Positions 35,966-46,100 of a DNA stretch of 64,000 nucleotides are shown one piece after another. The translations under genes and the position numbers were made by a program. This DNA comes from a virus (taxonomy: Duplodnaviria; Caudoviricetes). Under the pieces are notes generated by a model. That model ran no database searches. It was not told the DNA's origin and saw only the letters and a list, made by a program, of their open reading frames with translations. The stretch is taken from positions 1 to 64,000 of IMG/VR virus record IMGVR_UViG_3300032030_000028; one strand, given 5' to 3'. The stretch's first letter is position 1, and each line of letters starts with the position of its first letter.

Positions 35966-36038
35966 GCCCCGATAGCTTAATTGGAAAAGCAGTACCCTTC
36001 TAAGGTATGGAGTGGGGGTTCGAATCCCTCTCGGGGTA
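35966..36038 (+). tRNA. tRNA-Arg(UCU)
   Basis: GTACC-CTTCTAA-GGTAT. Confidence 0.9.
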
Positions 36039-36055
36039 CAAAATTAAGAATTATT

Positions 36056-36340
36056 ATGACCGATCAAGAATTGTCTAGATATATCGAGATATTCGCTCTC
36101 ACTCATCCGGAATATGAGATGGATGAGGTTTGTCCTATTCCAAAGAAAGATCTTAAAGTGGGACATATATATTTAGGAGATTGTCGCAATGCAGATAAAG
36201 CAGTCTGGATTGGTGAGAAGTTTGAATATCAAAGAGATAAATTTGGAAGCACCCTCTTAGAATATATCAACCATTATGAAGATGATGACGGTTATGACGT
36301 ATTTGTTCCATTTGTAGATATTTCGAAATTTTCTTCTTAA
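36056..36340 (+). CDS. Hypothetical protein
   Basis: Start re-called at MTDQEL, after the last tRNA. Confidence 0.7.
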   Translation: MTDQELSRYIEIFALTHPEYEMDEVCPIPKKDLKVGHIYLGDCRNADKAVWIGEKFEYQRDKFGSTLLEYINHYEDDDGYDVFVPFVDISKFSS

Positions 36341-36386
36341 CCTTTCCGGAAATCGATTATATAAAATCATAAAAGAAATAATCGTT

Positions 36387-36551
36387 ATGAAAGAATACAG
36401 AACTGAAGATAACGGATATCAAGAAAATGCGGAACTCCGCAAAGATACTGATGAGTATGGCAACTGGCTTCCGGAACGCGACAAATCTGGGTATATGGAG
36501 AACGCCGCCCCGTGGGATAGGCCCGATACCTGGGAAGATATGGGAAGATAA
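36387..36551 (+). CDS. 54-aa acidic hypothetical protein (absent from ORF track)
   Basis: MKEYRTEDNGY...WEDMGR directly after promoter motif 36337-36363. Confidence 0.6.
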   Translation: MKEYRTEDNGYQENAELRKDTDEYGNWLPERDKSGYMENAAPWDRPDTWEDMGR

Positions 36552-36606
36552 CTGTAAAAGAAGATAATTAAAATTTATAATAGTTAACATTAAAAATCGC
36601 AAAGAA

Positions 36607-36954
36607 ATGAAAGAAACTAAGTATTATGTAAATCCGGAAAAGAAAACGGTGGTCTGTGTCATCACCATCCAAGACGATTATTTTGGAGAAATTCATCGTT
36701 TTGAAGGCAAAGCCAAATGTTCCCCAGAAGATGATTTTGATGAAAATGTCGGTCGAGAGATTGCCCAAAATAGAGCATTCATCAAAATGAAGACACATTT
36801 TCTCAATCTGAAGAAATCCGCTCGTCTGGGTATTGCGAATCGAATTAAGGATCTTACGAAGTATGGTACGAGAATAGACGCTGGCATTCTCAGGAACGAA
36901 GGTGAAATCAAGACCGCCAAAGCTCGCATCCGCGAACTCGGAACTTCTAAATAA
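36607..36954 (+). CDS. Hypothetical phage protein
   Basis: GKAKCSPED.FDE..G..IA segment, coiled C-terminus; followed by hairpin 36983-37004. Confidence 0.75.
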   Translation: MKETKYYVNPEKKTVVCVITIQDDYFGEIHRFEGKAKCSPEDDFDENVGREIAQNRAFIKMKTHFLNLKKSARLGIANRIKDLTKYGTRIDAGILRNEGEIKTAKARIRELGTSK

Positions 36955-37016
36955 TTTTTTCCATAATATATCTCTTTTATAGAAGGTCTCTCCAGAGACC
37001 TTTTATTTTTTATAAT

Positions 37017-37259
37017 ATGAAGATACAAGACAATGGTACATATACCGGAAATTATTACGTATGGGAACGCAAATTGCACCAGCCATATGATTATGAACAT
37101 AATGGATTAGTCAATCGGATTTTGTCTCATAAGATCCATGACACTTCGAATCCGTTTTTGAAATATATGGTAGATGTTTATGAAAGGTCCTTAGTATATT
37201 GCATGAAATATATCGATATGTTGGCTAATTTCATTAACTATAACAAATGGAATAGATAG
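37017..37259 (+). CDS. Hypothetical protein
   Basis: 80-aa ORF after TATTTTTTATA motif; TAG stop. Confidence 0.6.
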   Translation: MKIQDNGTYTGNYYVWERKLHQPYDYEHNGLVNRILSHKIHDTSNPFLKYMVDVYERSLVYCMKYIDMLANFINYNKWNR

Positions 37260-37314
37260 CCTGGATCTGTTTATTATAATTTTGCGTTTTTTGCAGGATT
37301 TGCTGTGATTTAAC

Positions 37315-37365
37315 AAGCGATCTCTTCGAGAATGATATAACTATTCATTTAAGAAGAGATCGCTT
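37315..37365. repeat. Dispersed 51-bp inverted-repeat element, copy 3
   Basis: AAGCGATC-N35-GATCGCTT between convergent genes. Confidence 0.85.
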
Positions 37366-37383
37366 GAATTTGATATGGTTTTG

Positions 37384-39372
37384 CTATTTACCGGTATTCG
37401 CTAGATTAGTACCTATGGAGGACCATCCGCGTTGCGCCGCTTTATCATCGTTAGAGTTGCTCGGAGAAGCGGACCTGCCTTCCGGAGTCGGAGTACTTGG
37501 GGGAGGGGTACCGACTGCAATACTTCCGAGTTTTTCAATTCCTTGATTGGTTATTTCGTTAAACTTGTCATTTATACCCCCTAGTGTTTTGCCGATCAAA
37601 CTAGATCCTTTGTCGATCATCTTATCGAAAGGCTCTAAAGTTTTATTAGTGGTGTTTGCCGTGAAATCTTCAAGATTTTTACCAATGCGGGCACTAAGAG
37701 CATTTGCTGCGTCTAGGATGCTTCCCGTTCTAGCAATACTCTGATTCACCGCAGCATCCATAGGATCAAACACCCGGTTTACGGCAGCATTGCCGAAATC
37801 CGCAAGCTTACCCCCGACAATAGATCCCAGCCGCGTGCCTATGGTTTTGAATCTTTCACCCATTTCTTTAGAACTTTCCGCCACCATCTGAAGAGGTTTC
37901 CATACGTTTTCGGAAAGATTTTTAAGTCTTTTTTTAACACTATCCATGCCGGATTTTACCCCGGCATTGACTCCTTTTAGAAAATCTTGGGTGATTTGGT
38001 TAATAACCCGGGGTTTATACTTATCTATTATTTTTTGACCGACTTCTTCTATCTTGAGTGGTCTTTTTTTATATACATTCCCCCGTATATTGGTTATATC
38101 CCAACGAGAAATCATATCTTGAGTTTTAGGCAAGGGAATGAGTGCTGAATCCGCGGTTAAGATATGACCGGTGGCATCTCTTGCTAGAGATTCATCTCTC
38201 ATCATATTTTCATCAATCATGGATTGATATTCATTCAAAGCGCTGTTCGGATCCTCGGTCTGATATAGTTCTACGGGATTGCCGTCTTCATCCGTTTCAT
38301 CTAGCAATAATGGTATTTCGTTTCCTCTTTGATCTGAAAGAGTTTTATATTTTTTCATAGTGTCTTCAAAATCCTTGGCATGAAATGCGACATCGGCCTC
38401 TCCCCAGACATTCTCTTTGCTTTGCCGATCTTCTTTATCCATATCCATGAATATATAGTCTCCGATAATTCGATTCAAGTGGTCATTGAATCGCTGTTCT
38501 ATTATATTCTTATATGTAATTTTAATTTCATGCACCATATGAAACGGCTCATCAGATTTGATTTCGGTATAGGCACTGGACGCGGAATTGGCATCTATCT
38601 CGCAGCCTTGGAGCTCTATGAGCTTAGCGGATGAAAAAATGTTATTAGACCCTGAAGCCCATTCCCGGTAACTAGGTATATCGAATATAACCTCCGGATC
38701 GCCCATATCGGTCAATGATACGGGAGGGCGCCCGCCTAATCCATGCCTTTCTTTTTCCCTATCCACATCTCCATGCCCATAATGAACATAAGCAACAGGA
38801 GTATTGATAATATATATAGACATATCAAATCTGCGAAGGTTAGCCGGGAGAATTTCTTTATGCTGGATTTTAGAAAAAGACACCGCTTTATATAAATCTA
38901 AAAGAGTAGATATTCTATTATCATAGGGATCCTCTAAGGTCTTGATAGTTATGGATTTCGGCTCTTCATCGATTTTGAATTCCCCGGTATATTCGGATCT
39001 CTGCAGTGCTTCTTGCAGGCCTTCTATACTTTGGAAATACCATGGTGAGTAAGTATTTATATTGGAAAATAAAGTTACAAAGTCATCTAACATTTGTTTT
39101 CTTTGAAGCTCTCCATTGACATATAAATAGCTAACGGCTGTATTGGTATTTTCGGTATAACTCGTCCTGGTGGAATCTAAATCTATAAACTCTTTTCCGG
39201 TATTTAGCAAACCGTACCCCGTATTGAAATGAAAAAACAACCGGAAATAAAGGCTTGCCGGAGTTTCCATCTGGTTGAACTCTTTAGCGTAAATATCGGA
39301 ATGACCACCGGAACGCTTAAATGCCTCCCGGAGTTGATATATACTATTATATGATTTTATATTTTCTTGCAT
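37384..39372 (-). CDS. Putative tail/baseplate structural protein
   Basis: 662 aa, in operon with baseplate-like genes; function inferred. Confidence 0.5.
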   Translation of the reverse strand: MQENIKSYNSIYQLREAFKRSGGHSDIYAKEFNQMETPASLYFRLFFHFNTGYGLLNTGKEFIDLDSTRTSYTENTNTAVSYLYVNGELQRKQMLDDFVTLFSNINTYSPWYFQSIEGLQEALQRSEYTGEFKIDEEPKSITIKTLEDPYDNRISTLLDLYKAVSFSKIQHKEILPANLRRFDMSIYIINTPVAYVHYGHGDVDREKERHGLGGRPPVSLTDMGDPEVIFDIPSYREWASGSNNIFSSAKLIELQGCEIDANSASSAYTEIKSDEPFHMVHEIKITYKNIIEQRFNDHLNRIIGDYIFMDMDKEDRQSKENVWGEADVAFHAKDFEDTMKKYKTLSDQRGNEIPLLLDETDEDGNPVELYQTEDPNSALNEYQSMIDENMMRDESLARDATGHILTADSALIPLPKTQDMISRWDITNIRGNVYKKRPLKIEEVGQKIIDKYKPRVINQITQDFLKGVNAGVKSGMDSVKKRLKNLSENVWKPLQMVAESSKEMGERFKTIGTRLGSIVGGKLADFGNAAVNRVFDPMDAAVNQSIARTGSILDAANALSARIGKNLEDFTANTTNKTLEPFDKMIDKGSSLIGKTLGGINDKFNEITNQGIEKLGSIAVGTPPPSTPTPEGRSASPSNSNDDKAAQRGWSSIGTNLANTGK

Positions 39373-39376
39373 AGCT

Positions 39377-40780
39377 CTAATTCTTTTCTATTTCTTCTTT
39401 AATAGGAGGATTATATTTTTCGAATCCAATACCGTCTCTTGAAAGCAAAAACTCCTGAGACCATTGGAATTGGGTATGATAACGAAAAGACATTTCACTT
39501 ATATAATATTGGCCGGAAATCATCTTGTTGATAACCCACCCATTAGAATCATCTAATATCACCGAATCCGGCAGCTCGATATTTGAAGATATTTCCTCAT
39601 TAGCCGCTTCCGTTATAGGCCCTGTAACATAATTATTTTCATCATACCACCAAAGATTGGCCTTGCCGCCTTGTACTAAACCTAATGTCGGTATGCGAAT
39701 AGATACCTTTATTGTCTGAGCATCGATTTTTGCCAACATCATATTTTTAGCCGCCGCCCTGGAAAGGTAGTCATAATCCCCATAATATTCTCCGCCATAA
39801 ATATAAGATTTCTGAAGATTGTCTTTTGCGTCTCCGTTTTCTATAAGCGTAGTGGTCTGCTCTAATTTATCCATCGAATATGTGTCAAAAATCTGATCTG
39901 TGACACCCGGAGAAGAATATACCGGAACATATTCGTTTATAAATAATTGAGAATTTTTCAGGATCGGATGATTATTAAATGCTGCTATCATTTTCACAGG
40001 GATTTGAGTATTGTCGTCTCCGCCGATGCTAGGCGTATTGTCCACTACCCAGATTTGTAAATTTTCATCGGAAACCTTTTCTTTATATTCTGTATATTTA
40101 TCCACCAATACCAGATTATTCCAATAGTCTATCCACCAATCAAATATAGATTCCTTATTGTTATTATGGGCATAAGATACTGTTTTATCAATATGGCTAA
40201 CTATATTCATCATAGGATTGTATATATATCGCTTATCATCTGTACTCGTTACATTCGAGGCAAATCCTAATCCAAAATTCCGGGCGACTGTTTCCATATA
40301 CTCATAGGTAGTGATTTCACCATAAGCTTTCAGTTCATGATCCCAAAAATTAGGAATATGATAGGTGGCGGACATCGATATAATGCTTCCTTTAATGTTC
40401 ACTTGCTCCACATAGAATAATAGGTTGATTTTCTTATACGCGCCGTCGAATGGCGGGATTATCTGTAATTGCAGACTGTTGTCCCAGGACGGAGTATCTA
40501 GATTCTTGATCAATCCTAATTGATCCTCAATGGTGATGTCTAATTTAGGGACTTGGTTTATGTATAAATGCATATCTACAATTTCCGAAAAGAAAACCGT
40601 TTGATTGCACATTCTAACCAAAGGCACCATGACTCCATCCACCTTGGTCTGTTTTAAGACAGTAGTATCCCCATCGGAACCAAATTCTTTTCCGCGAGGA
40701 TCTGCTTCATCATCTTCGGAATAGATCGGCATCTTGATATCCGGTAATATTAAGGTAGGATCAAAACGTACTTCTATCAT
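39377..40780 (-). CDS. Putative baseplate hub protein
   Basis: LGFASN, WIDYW.NL.LVD, SGQYYI...F.Y..Q...LSR ending typical of hub proteins. Confidence 0.55.
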   Translation of the reverse strand: MIEVRFDPTLILPDIKMPIYSEDDEADPRGKEFGSDGDTTVLKQTKVDGVMVPLVRMCNQTVFFSEIVDMHLYINQVPKLDITIEDQLGLIKNLDTPSWDNSLQLQIIPPFDGAYKKINLLFYVEQVNIKGSIISMSATYHIPNFWDHELKAYGEITTYEYMETVARNFGLGFASNVTSTDDKRYIYNPMMNIVSHIDKTVSYAHNNNKESIFDWWIDYWNNLVLVDKYTEYKEKVSDENLQIWVVDNTPSIGGDDNTQIPVKMIAAFNNHPILKNSQLFINEYVPVYSSPGVTDQIFDTYSMDKLEQTTTLIENGDAKDNLQKSYIYGGEYYGDYDYLSRAAAKNMMLAKIDAQTIKVSIRIPTLGLVQGGKANLWWYDENNYVTGPITEAANEEISSNIELPDSVILDDSNGWVINKMISGQYYISEMSFRYHTQFQWSQEFLLSRDGIGFEKYNPPIKEEIEKN

Positions 40781-40781
40781 A

Positions 40782-41243
40782 TTAGTAGATTATAACTCTA
40801 TTGGTTTTATCTATTTTAAATCTAGTGTCTCCGATAATAGCTTCATTAGGAGCCCGTTTTTCTTTAGGCTTCTTATAAGAAGGCTTGTCGTTTCTTATGT
40901 CTTCATCGGTGTCTTCAATATTGTCTTCTTTGTTTGCTGGGGTCAGAAATTTGTCTATATCTTGTAGCTCAGGCACGTATAGTACATCCCCTTCGTTTAA
41001 TTCAAACGGATTCTGCACACCATTAAGCCTGCAAATTATATCCCCGTACATTGTAGTGCCATATAAAGACTTGGAAACTAAATCCGGTCTGGCGACATGT
41101 TCCGGAGATACCTCTATGAGACGATAAGAAAAATTTTCGGGCAACACGAAAGATTCTCCGAAAAAATCCACCATATCCTCGCCGAATCTTTTCGAAAATC
41201 TATTTTGCTTGTTTGTCAGTATGGAATTAATCAGCATATCCAT
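40782..41243 (-). CDS. Baseplate wedge protein (T4 gp53/LysM-like)
   Basis: ARPDLVS..LYG.....IICRLNG..NPFEL.EGD.LYVP. Confidence 0.75.
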   Translation of the reverse strand: MDMLINSILTNKQNRFSKRFGEDMVDFFGESFVLPENFSYRLIEVSPEHVARPDLVSKSLYGTTMYGDIICRLNGVQNPFELNEGDVLYVPELQDIDKFLTPANKEDNIEDTDEDIRNDKPSYKKPKEKRAPNEAIIGDTRFKIDKTNRVIIY

Positions 41244-41382
41244 TGATTTATGTTATAAAAAATAAATCGGGATATGCTCGGATAAATGAATTATTCTCCT
41301 ATAAGGTCTCCCAGTCGAATATCTATTTCTAAAGTACCCACCGGGAAATCAATTATTTCTTGTGGGGTGGCTCCTTCCGTAA

Positions 41383-41715
41383 TCATAATCCTAATTCTTT
41401 TATCATCTCCGCAAATTGATCCGGAGAATAAATTATTATAGTAAATTCCTTTGAAAAATCTCCTTTTATAAAACGCACATCCCATTGGGTGGTCTCTTGA
41501 TGATCGGAACCGTCCATATTTTCCACCCAGCCATCTCCCGTGTATTCTACCTCTATCTTAGTAATCTGTGGAGGGCCATCTATCTGATGCCCATTAATTA
41601 TCATAGTGCCTCCGGAAGATTGTATAGTCTTAGAATAGTATCCCACCCAGCTTTCTTCTATCATCTTGCGAGTCCATCCTAAGGATTCTAATATCTTATA
41701 ACATTCTTCTACCAT
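41383..41715 (-). CDS. Hypothetical protein
   Basis: 110-aa ORF in operon. Confidence 0.6.
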   Translation of the reverse strand: MVEECYKILESLGWTRKMIEESWVGYYSKTIQSSGGTMIINGHQIDGPPQITKIEVEYTGDGWVENMDGSDHQETTQWDVRFIKGDFSKEFTIIIYSPDQFAEMIKELGL

Positions 41716-41765
41716 AGAAATGGTTTATTTCGGAAAAATATCCAAAATCTTATATAAATTAAAAA

Positions 41766-41975
41766 TTATAAGAATTCAAATCTCAGATCATTGGTATTGC
41801 TCCCTACTTTAGATATTTTGCCATTATCCATGGTGACATAGAATATGATTTCCCCATTATGCCATTCTATATCGGATACAAAACCGGAGACATTTATGGG
41901 GATCGCGCAATCCGCCACAAATCGGACTTTTTTGTTCAGAAATTGTTTCTTAATAAAGTCTTTCCAGGTTACCAT
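41766..41975 (-). CDS. Small hypothetical protein
   Basis: Overlaps stop of upstream gene. Confidence 0.65.
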   Translation of the reverse strand: MVTWKDFIKKQFLNKKVRFVADCAIPINVSGFVSDIEWHNGEIIFYVTMDNGKISKVGSNTNDLRFEFL

Positions 41976-42916
41976 CTCATTTTTTCATATAGATAAGTAC
42001 TCCAATCTAAAAATGCGGAAGATATAAAATTCCGGTTGCCGGATACCTTGTCTTCTATAATATACCCTAACGCCTTGGAAAGTCTCTTCAGGACATCCGT
42101 CAGTACATCGTGTTCATTTACATCGATATTCGTACAGGTACAATCCGAAAAGTTATCATATAATGAAACGGAAGCTAGAGTCAGTCCGGTTTTTATAATA
42201 TTATCTATATATTTTTTCATTTCACCACATATCTCCACCTGCCCCAGCCAATAAGTAATATCTGAAAATATTTCTATCATGTACTTATATATATTATGAC
42301 GATATATAAGAAGAGGGTCGCACATGGTGAGCCCATTGGATGTATAAGAAACAAAACCATTAGAGCAGCCGCATCCGGATTGCTTGGATATACTATTAAT
42401 ATCAACAAAATTATTAAATTTCATAAGAGATCTAACTACTTGATCGTACATCTCTTGGATATAGTATTGAAGCATATATCTATGTTTATCCGGATCTTTT
42501 GACCACTCATCGATCCATATTTCGTTGGCATACAATATTTCGGCCAGCCAGGTCCGGAATTTTTTCAGTTCTTCCAGGGTAATGTCTTTATCCGTAGTGA
42601 AATTATTGAGATATATATATTTTTGGATATCTCCGAGATCTTCAGCATAAGAACCATAGTCTTCGAATAATACGTAATCGAAATCTCTGTCTAAATGAAA
42701 ATCCTCCCCGTCTATTTGGAAATCCAATTCTCCGGAAGGTAATTCTTCAAGTTGTTGATATTCTAACTCTATAATATGAGAAGAATCATCCGTGAGCCCG
42801 GTTATTCCTAATGGAATTATATATTTGTAATTTACTGCTAAAGCATATTTGCCTTTCAGGTTCTCATTAAAAAACTCCGATTCTGTTATGACATCTTTGA
42901 ATTTTACTATATTCAT
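41969..42916 (-). CDS. Hypothetical protein with Cys-rich segments
   Basis: 315 aa; GCGCS and DCTC motifs. Confidence 0.75.
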   Translation of the reverse strand: MNIVKFKDVITESEFFNENLKGKYALAVNYKYIIPLGITGLTDDSSHIIELEYQQLEELPSGELDFQIDGEDFHLDRDFDYVLFEDYGSYAEDLGDIQKYIYLNNFTTDKDITLEELKKFRTWLAEILYANEIWIDEWSKDPDKHRYMLQYYIQEMYDQVVRSLMKFNNFVDINSISKQSGCGCSNGFVSYTSNGLTMCDPLLIYRHNIYKYMIEIFSDITYWLGQVEICGEMKKYIDNIIKTGLTLASVSLYDNFSDCTCTNIDVNEHDVLTDVLKRLSKALGYIIEDKVSGNRNFISSAFLDWSTYLYEKMRW

Positions 42917-42918
42917 AT

Positions 42919-43116
42919 TTATAATTGATTTAATAAATAATTCCTAAGACCCACGGATTCCTTCAAGACCATGAATTCCTTAATTTCCTGATCGGTCATA
43001 TCTCCGTCCACAATATCCAGGACTTCTTTAGATACTTTAGATCTTTCTAATTCTCCTTTTCTGACAGCCCAAGCCATACAGAAAAGTCTTTGTTGTGATT
43101 TTGATTTACTCGGCAT
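42919..43116 (-). CDS. Small protein, DUF3008-like, with LKE-S motif
   Basis: MPSKSKSQQR..MA.A.RKGE; C-terminal LKESVGLRNYLL. Confidence 0.6.
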   Translation of the reverse strand: MPSKSKSQQRLFCMAWAVRKGELERSKVSKEVLDIVDGDMTDQEIKEFMVLKESVGLRNYLLNQL

Positions 43117-43125
43117 ATCATTATT

Positions 43126-46100
43126 TTAGTTTTGTTCATGTGTAAATATAACATGTGAACCTCCAGATCTTCCGACGCAGTTCCCTATTTTTGTCAATAC
43201 ATCGGATAAGGCATTCATATTTTTACTCAATTCATCTAATTTTGCACTGGTCTTGTCTTGACGCGGCTTTTGTTGCGCTTGAGTTCCATCAGTCGGTTTC
43301 CTAAGTGTCTCGGGTTCGGGAGGTTGCGTGCCGAAATCTTTCCTATTCACATCGTCCAAAGCCCCGGTAAGTTTTTCTAACACAGTGATCAATTTTTCGT
43401 TTATGACATCCGCTAATTTATCAAAGTTACCTTGAATGCTATTAGAGAATAGATATAATTCGTGCATCATTTCCTTTAAGGAAGTGGCTTTAGAAATATC
43501 TAATGAATTGACTGATTTAATAAGCTTGACAGAATCATCGGTAGCCTGTTTCCAAGATTTGGTCCGCTGTTCTAAGTCTTTGCCATCCACATTTTGGAAT
43601 ACGGATTTAGCGATGAGATCTACGGCATGACCTCCAACAGTATTGGTTTTATCATCTATTTTAACGAATTTGATATCGCCGCCCTTTTGTAGAACTTCTA
43701 TAATCTTACCCATCGGTTCGGACATGCCTCCTAGCGATTTTATTAAAGTCCCCGCAGCGTCTATTGATTTCTGGTCCTTAACGGCATCTTTTAATACTTT
43801 GTTCTCCGTCAGATTTGTCACAAATGCTCCTATAATATCAAATACTGTTTTTGTAGGATCCTCTTTTGATAAATCTATCATCTTCCATCCGGTAGGTTCT
43901 CCGGTCTTTTCATCAATCTTAGTAGGATATTTGGCGGATTTGTATTTAACGATAGTATCCATTAGTGAATTTATCGGAGAAGTCATATCCATGATTTTCT
44001 TCACCGAATCTTCATTATTCTTTTTAGTACCTTTTACCTTGTCCCAGAAAGATTCTTTACCGAAATTTATATTCGGAAGATCAAATGCTTCTACATAATC
44101 TTTGACGAACTTGGCAATCTCCTTAGCTGCATCGGATATATCCGAGGTATTCAAGAGTTTCCATTTTTTGATTTCTCCGGTATTCGGATCCAGATATCCT
44201 TCGGTGGACGTATCCGGAACCTTTAGAGCTTTCATTTTGATGATAGTATCTACTAATTTGCTAATAGGATCCGATAATTCCACTAATGCTTTAGTATGTT
44301 CTATTCTTCTCTTATTGCCGGCGGTCACCAGGTTCCATAGGTCTTTAAGAGATCCGTTTTCTTGTCCGATATCTACCGTCTTGACATAATTAGATACAAT
44401 CAATGCGACATTTTTGGCGGCATCCGCAAAATATTTAGAATCCGCGAGTTTCCATTTGTTTATCTTTCCGGTTTTCTGATCAATACTATTTTCGTCATAT
44501 GGAACCATCATCCGAGATAGTTTGTTTATAGTATCCACCATACCGGAGATTGGAACTGCCAATTCCATGATTTTTTTGACCTTCTTGATCTGGCGTTTGG
44601 AGATTTTATCTAAATTGTCAAGATTTGTTACACCGGTTTTTTCATCTTTGAAGCTAAATGCGCCAACCATTGAGGTTATGATTTGCTGGATGTTCTTTCC
44701 AGCTGTTTCAAACTTCGTTGCATCCGCTAGAGCATATTTTTTAATTTCTCCAGTTTTCTCATTTATCTCAACAGGGAATCTCATGAAAGAAATATCCACC
44801 ATAGTCTTAGCCATCTTTCCGATAGAAGCTACAGTTCTTTTCATATTCCGGAATATTCTCTTGATAATACGAGCCTTTTTGGCATCATTATCAAAATACT
44901 CGGCAGTAGCTATAATGGCACCCATCACTGATATTATCAAAGTCTTGAAGTTTTCAGCATCACCCTCATATGGAGGTATCATAGCTATAGTGCGAGCTAT
45001 GTTTCCGACACCTTCTATTACGGTAGATAATCCTATAGTGACTTTTTTAGCATCTTTGATGGTACTCAACTTGAAATGAGCTAAGAAATGAACTATACTA
45101 CCTTCATCTACCTTTCCTGTCCATGCCGTACGTGGATTTTTCACCACTGCCTTAATAGGTATGAGCATCATCTGAGCTAGATAATTAGCTACTTCTATAT
45201 CTTTCATTCCGGATAACCCTGGTATCTTCTCATATATATTATGCCACTCTATAGCTGCCGCGGCGACTGCTTTCATGCTTTCGGCTAGTGCCCAGATGAT
45301 ACCACCAATAGCTAAAACGGTGGCGGCGCCTATAGCCATAACAATCGCTCCGCCCCCCATAGTAGCGGTTATCATTCCACCCAAAACAAGTATTAATCCG
45401 GTCATACCTAAAACAACAGCACTCATAATACCTACAGTAGCCGCTAAATCTCCGACATCAGTCATATTAGCAATATAAGCTATTGGTTCAAATAGTTTAG
45501 CTACACACCACATCACCCCGGCGATAGCTAGTAACGCGATAGCGCCCTCTCCGAGGATTGTCGCACCCTCTCCGGTTTGCATAAATGCACCTAATATAAA
45601 TAGTAATGCGGTAACGCCGGCTACCGTAAGTATCATCATTGCTACAACACCCGCAAGTTTAAGGAAGTTGACCTTCTCCGACAACTCTACCAATGCATAC
45701 ATAATTAAGGTCAAGATAGCTAGTGATAATGATATCACTAATAATGCAATAGCTCCTTCTTTGATAAATTTCCTGCCTAATGCCAACAGTACCATAAGAG
45801 CTAGTACTCCAGCAATAAATCCAATAGCTACCGAGATCAATGCCGCTCCTATAACCACCATAGCGCCCACGCCGATTACCGCCAATGCTATGATCACTAT
45901 AGAATAGAATACCATTCTTATAAGCATAGATGCTCTATATGCCCTCCGAGATTCGCGTTGAGATTTATTAAGTATATGGATAACGACAATCATACCGGAC
46001 ATGATCACCATCATCATCAATATAGACACAGCAGAGTCTTTGAGATCTTCTTTTTTAGGTAATACTTTTATAGCTTCTCCAAATGATTTCATGGTAGAAG

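Noticed and set aside
28872-35975. Short ORFs listed within the RNA array (except 34425-34805)
   Set aside because: They overlap tRNA/ncRNA genes and translate tRNA sequence (GSNP-like motifs)
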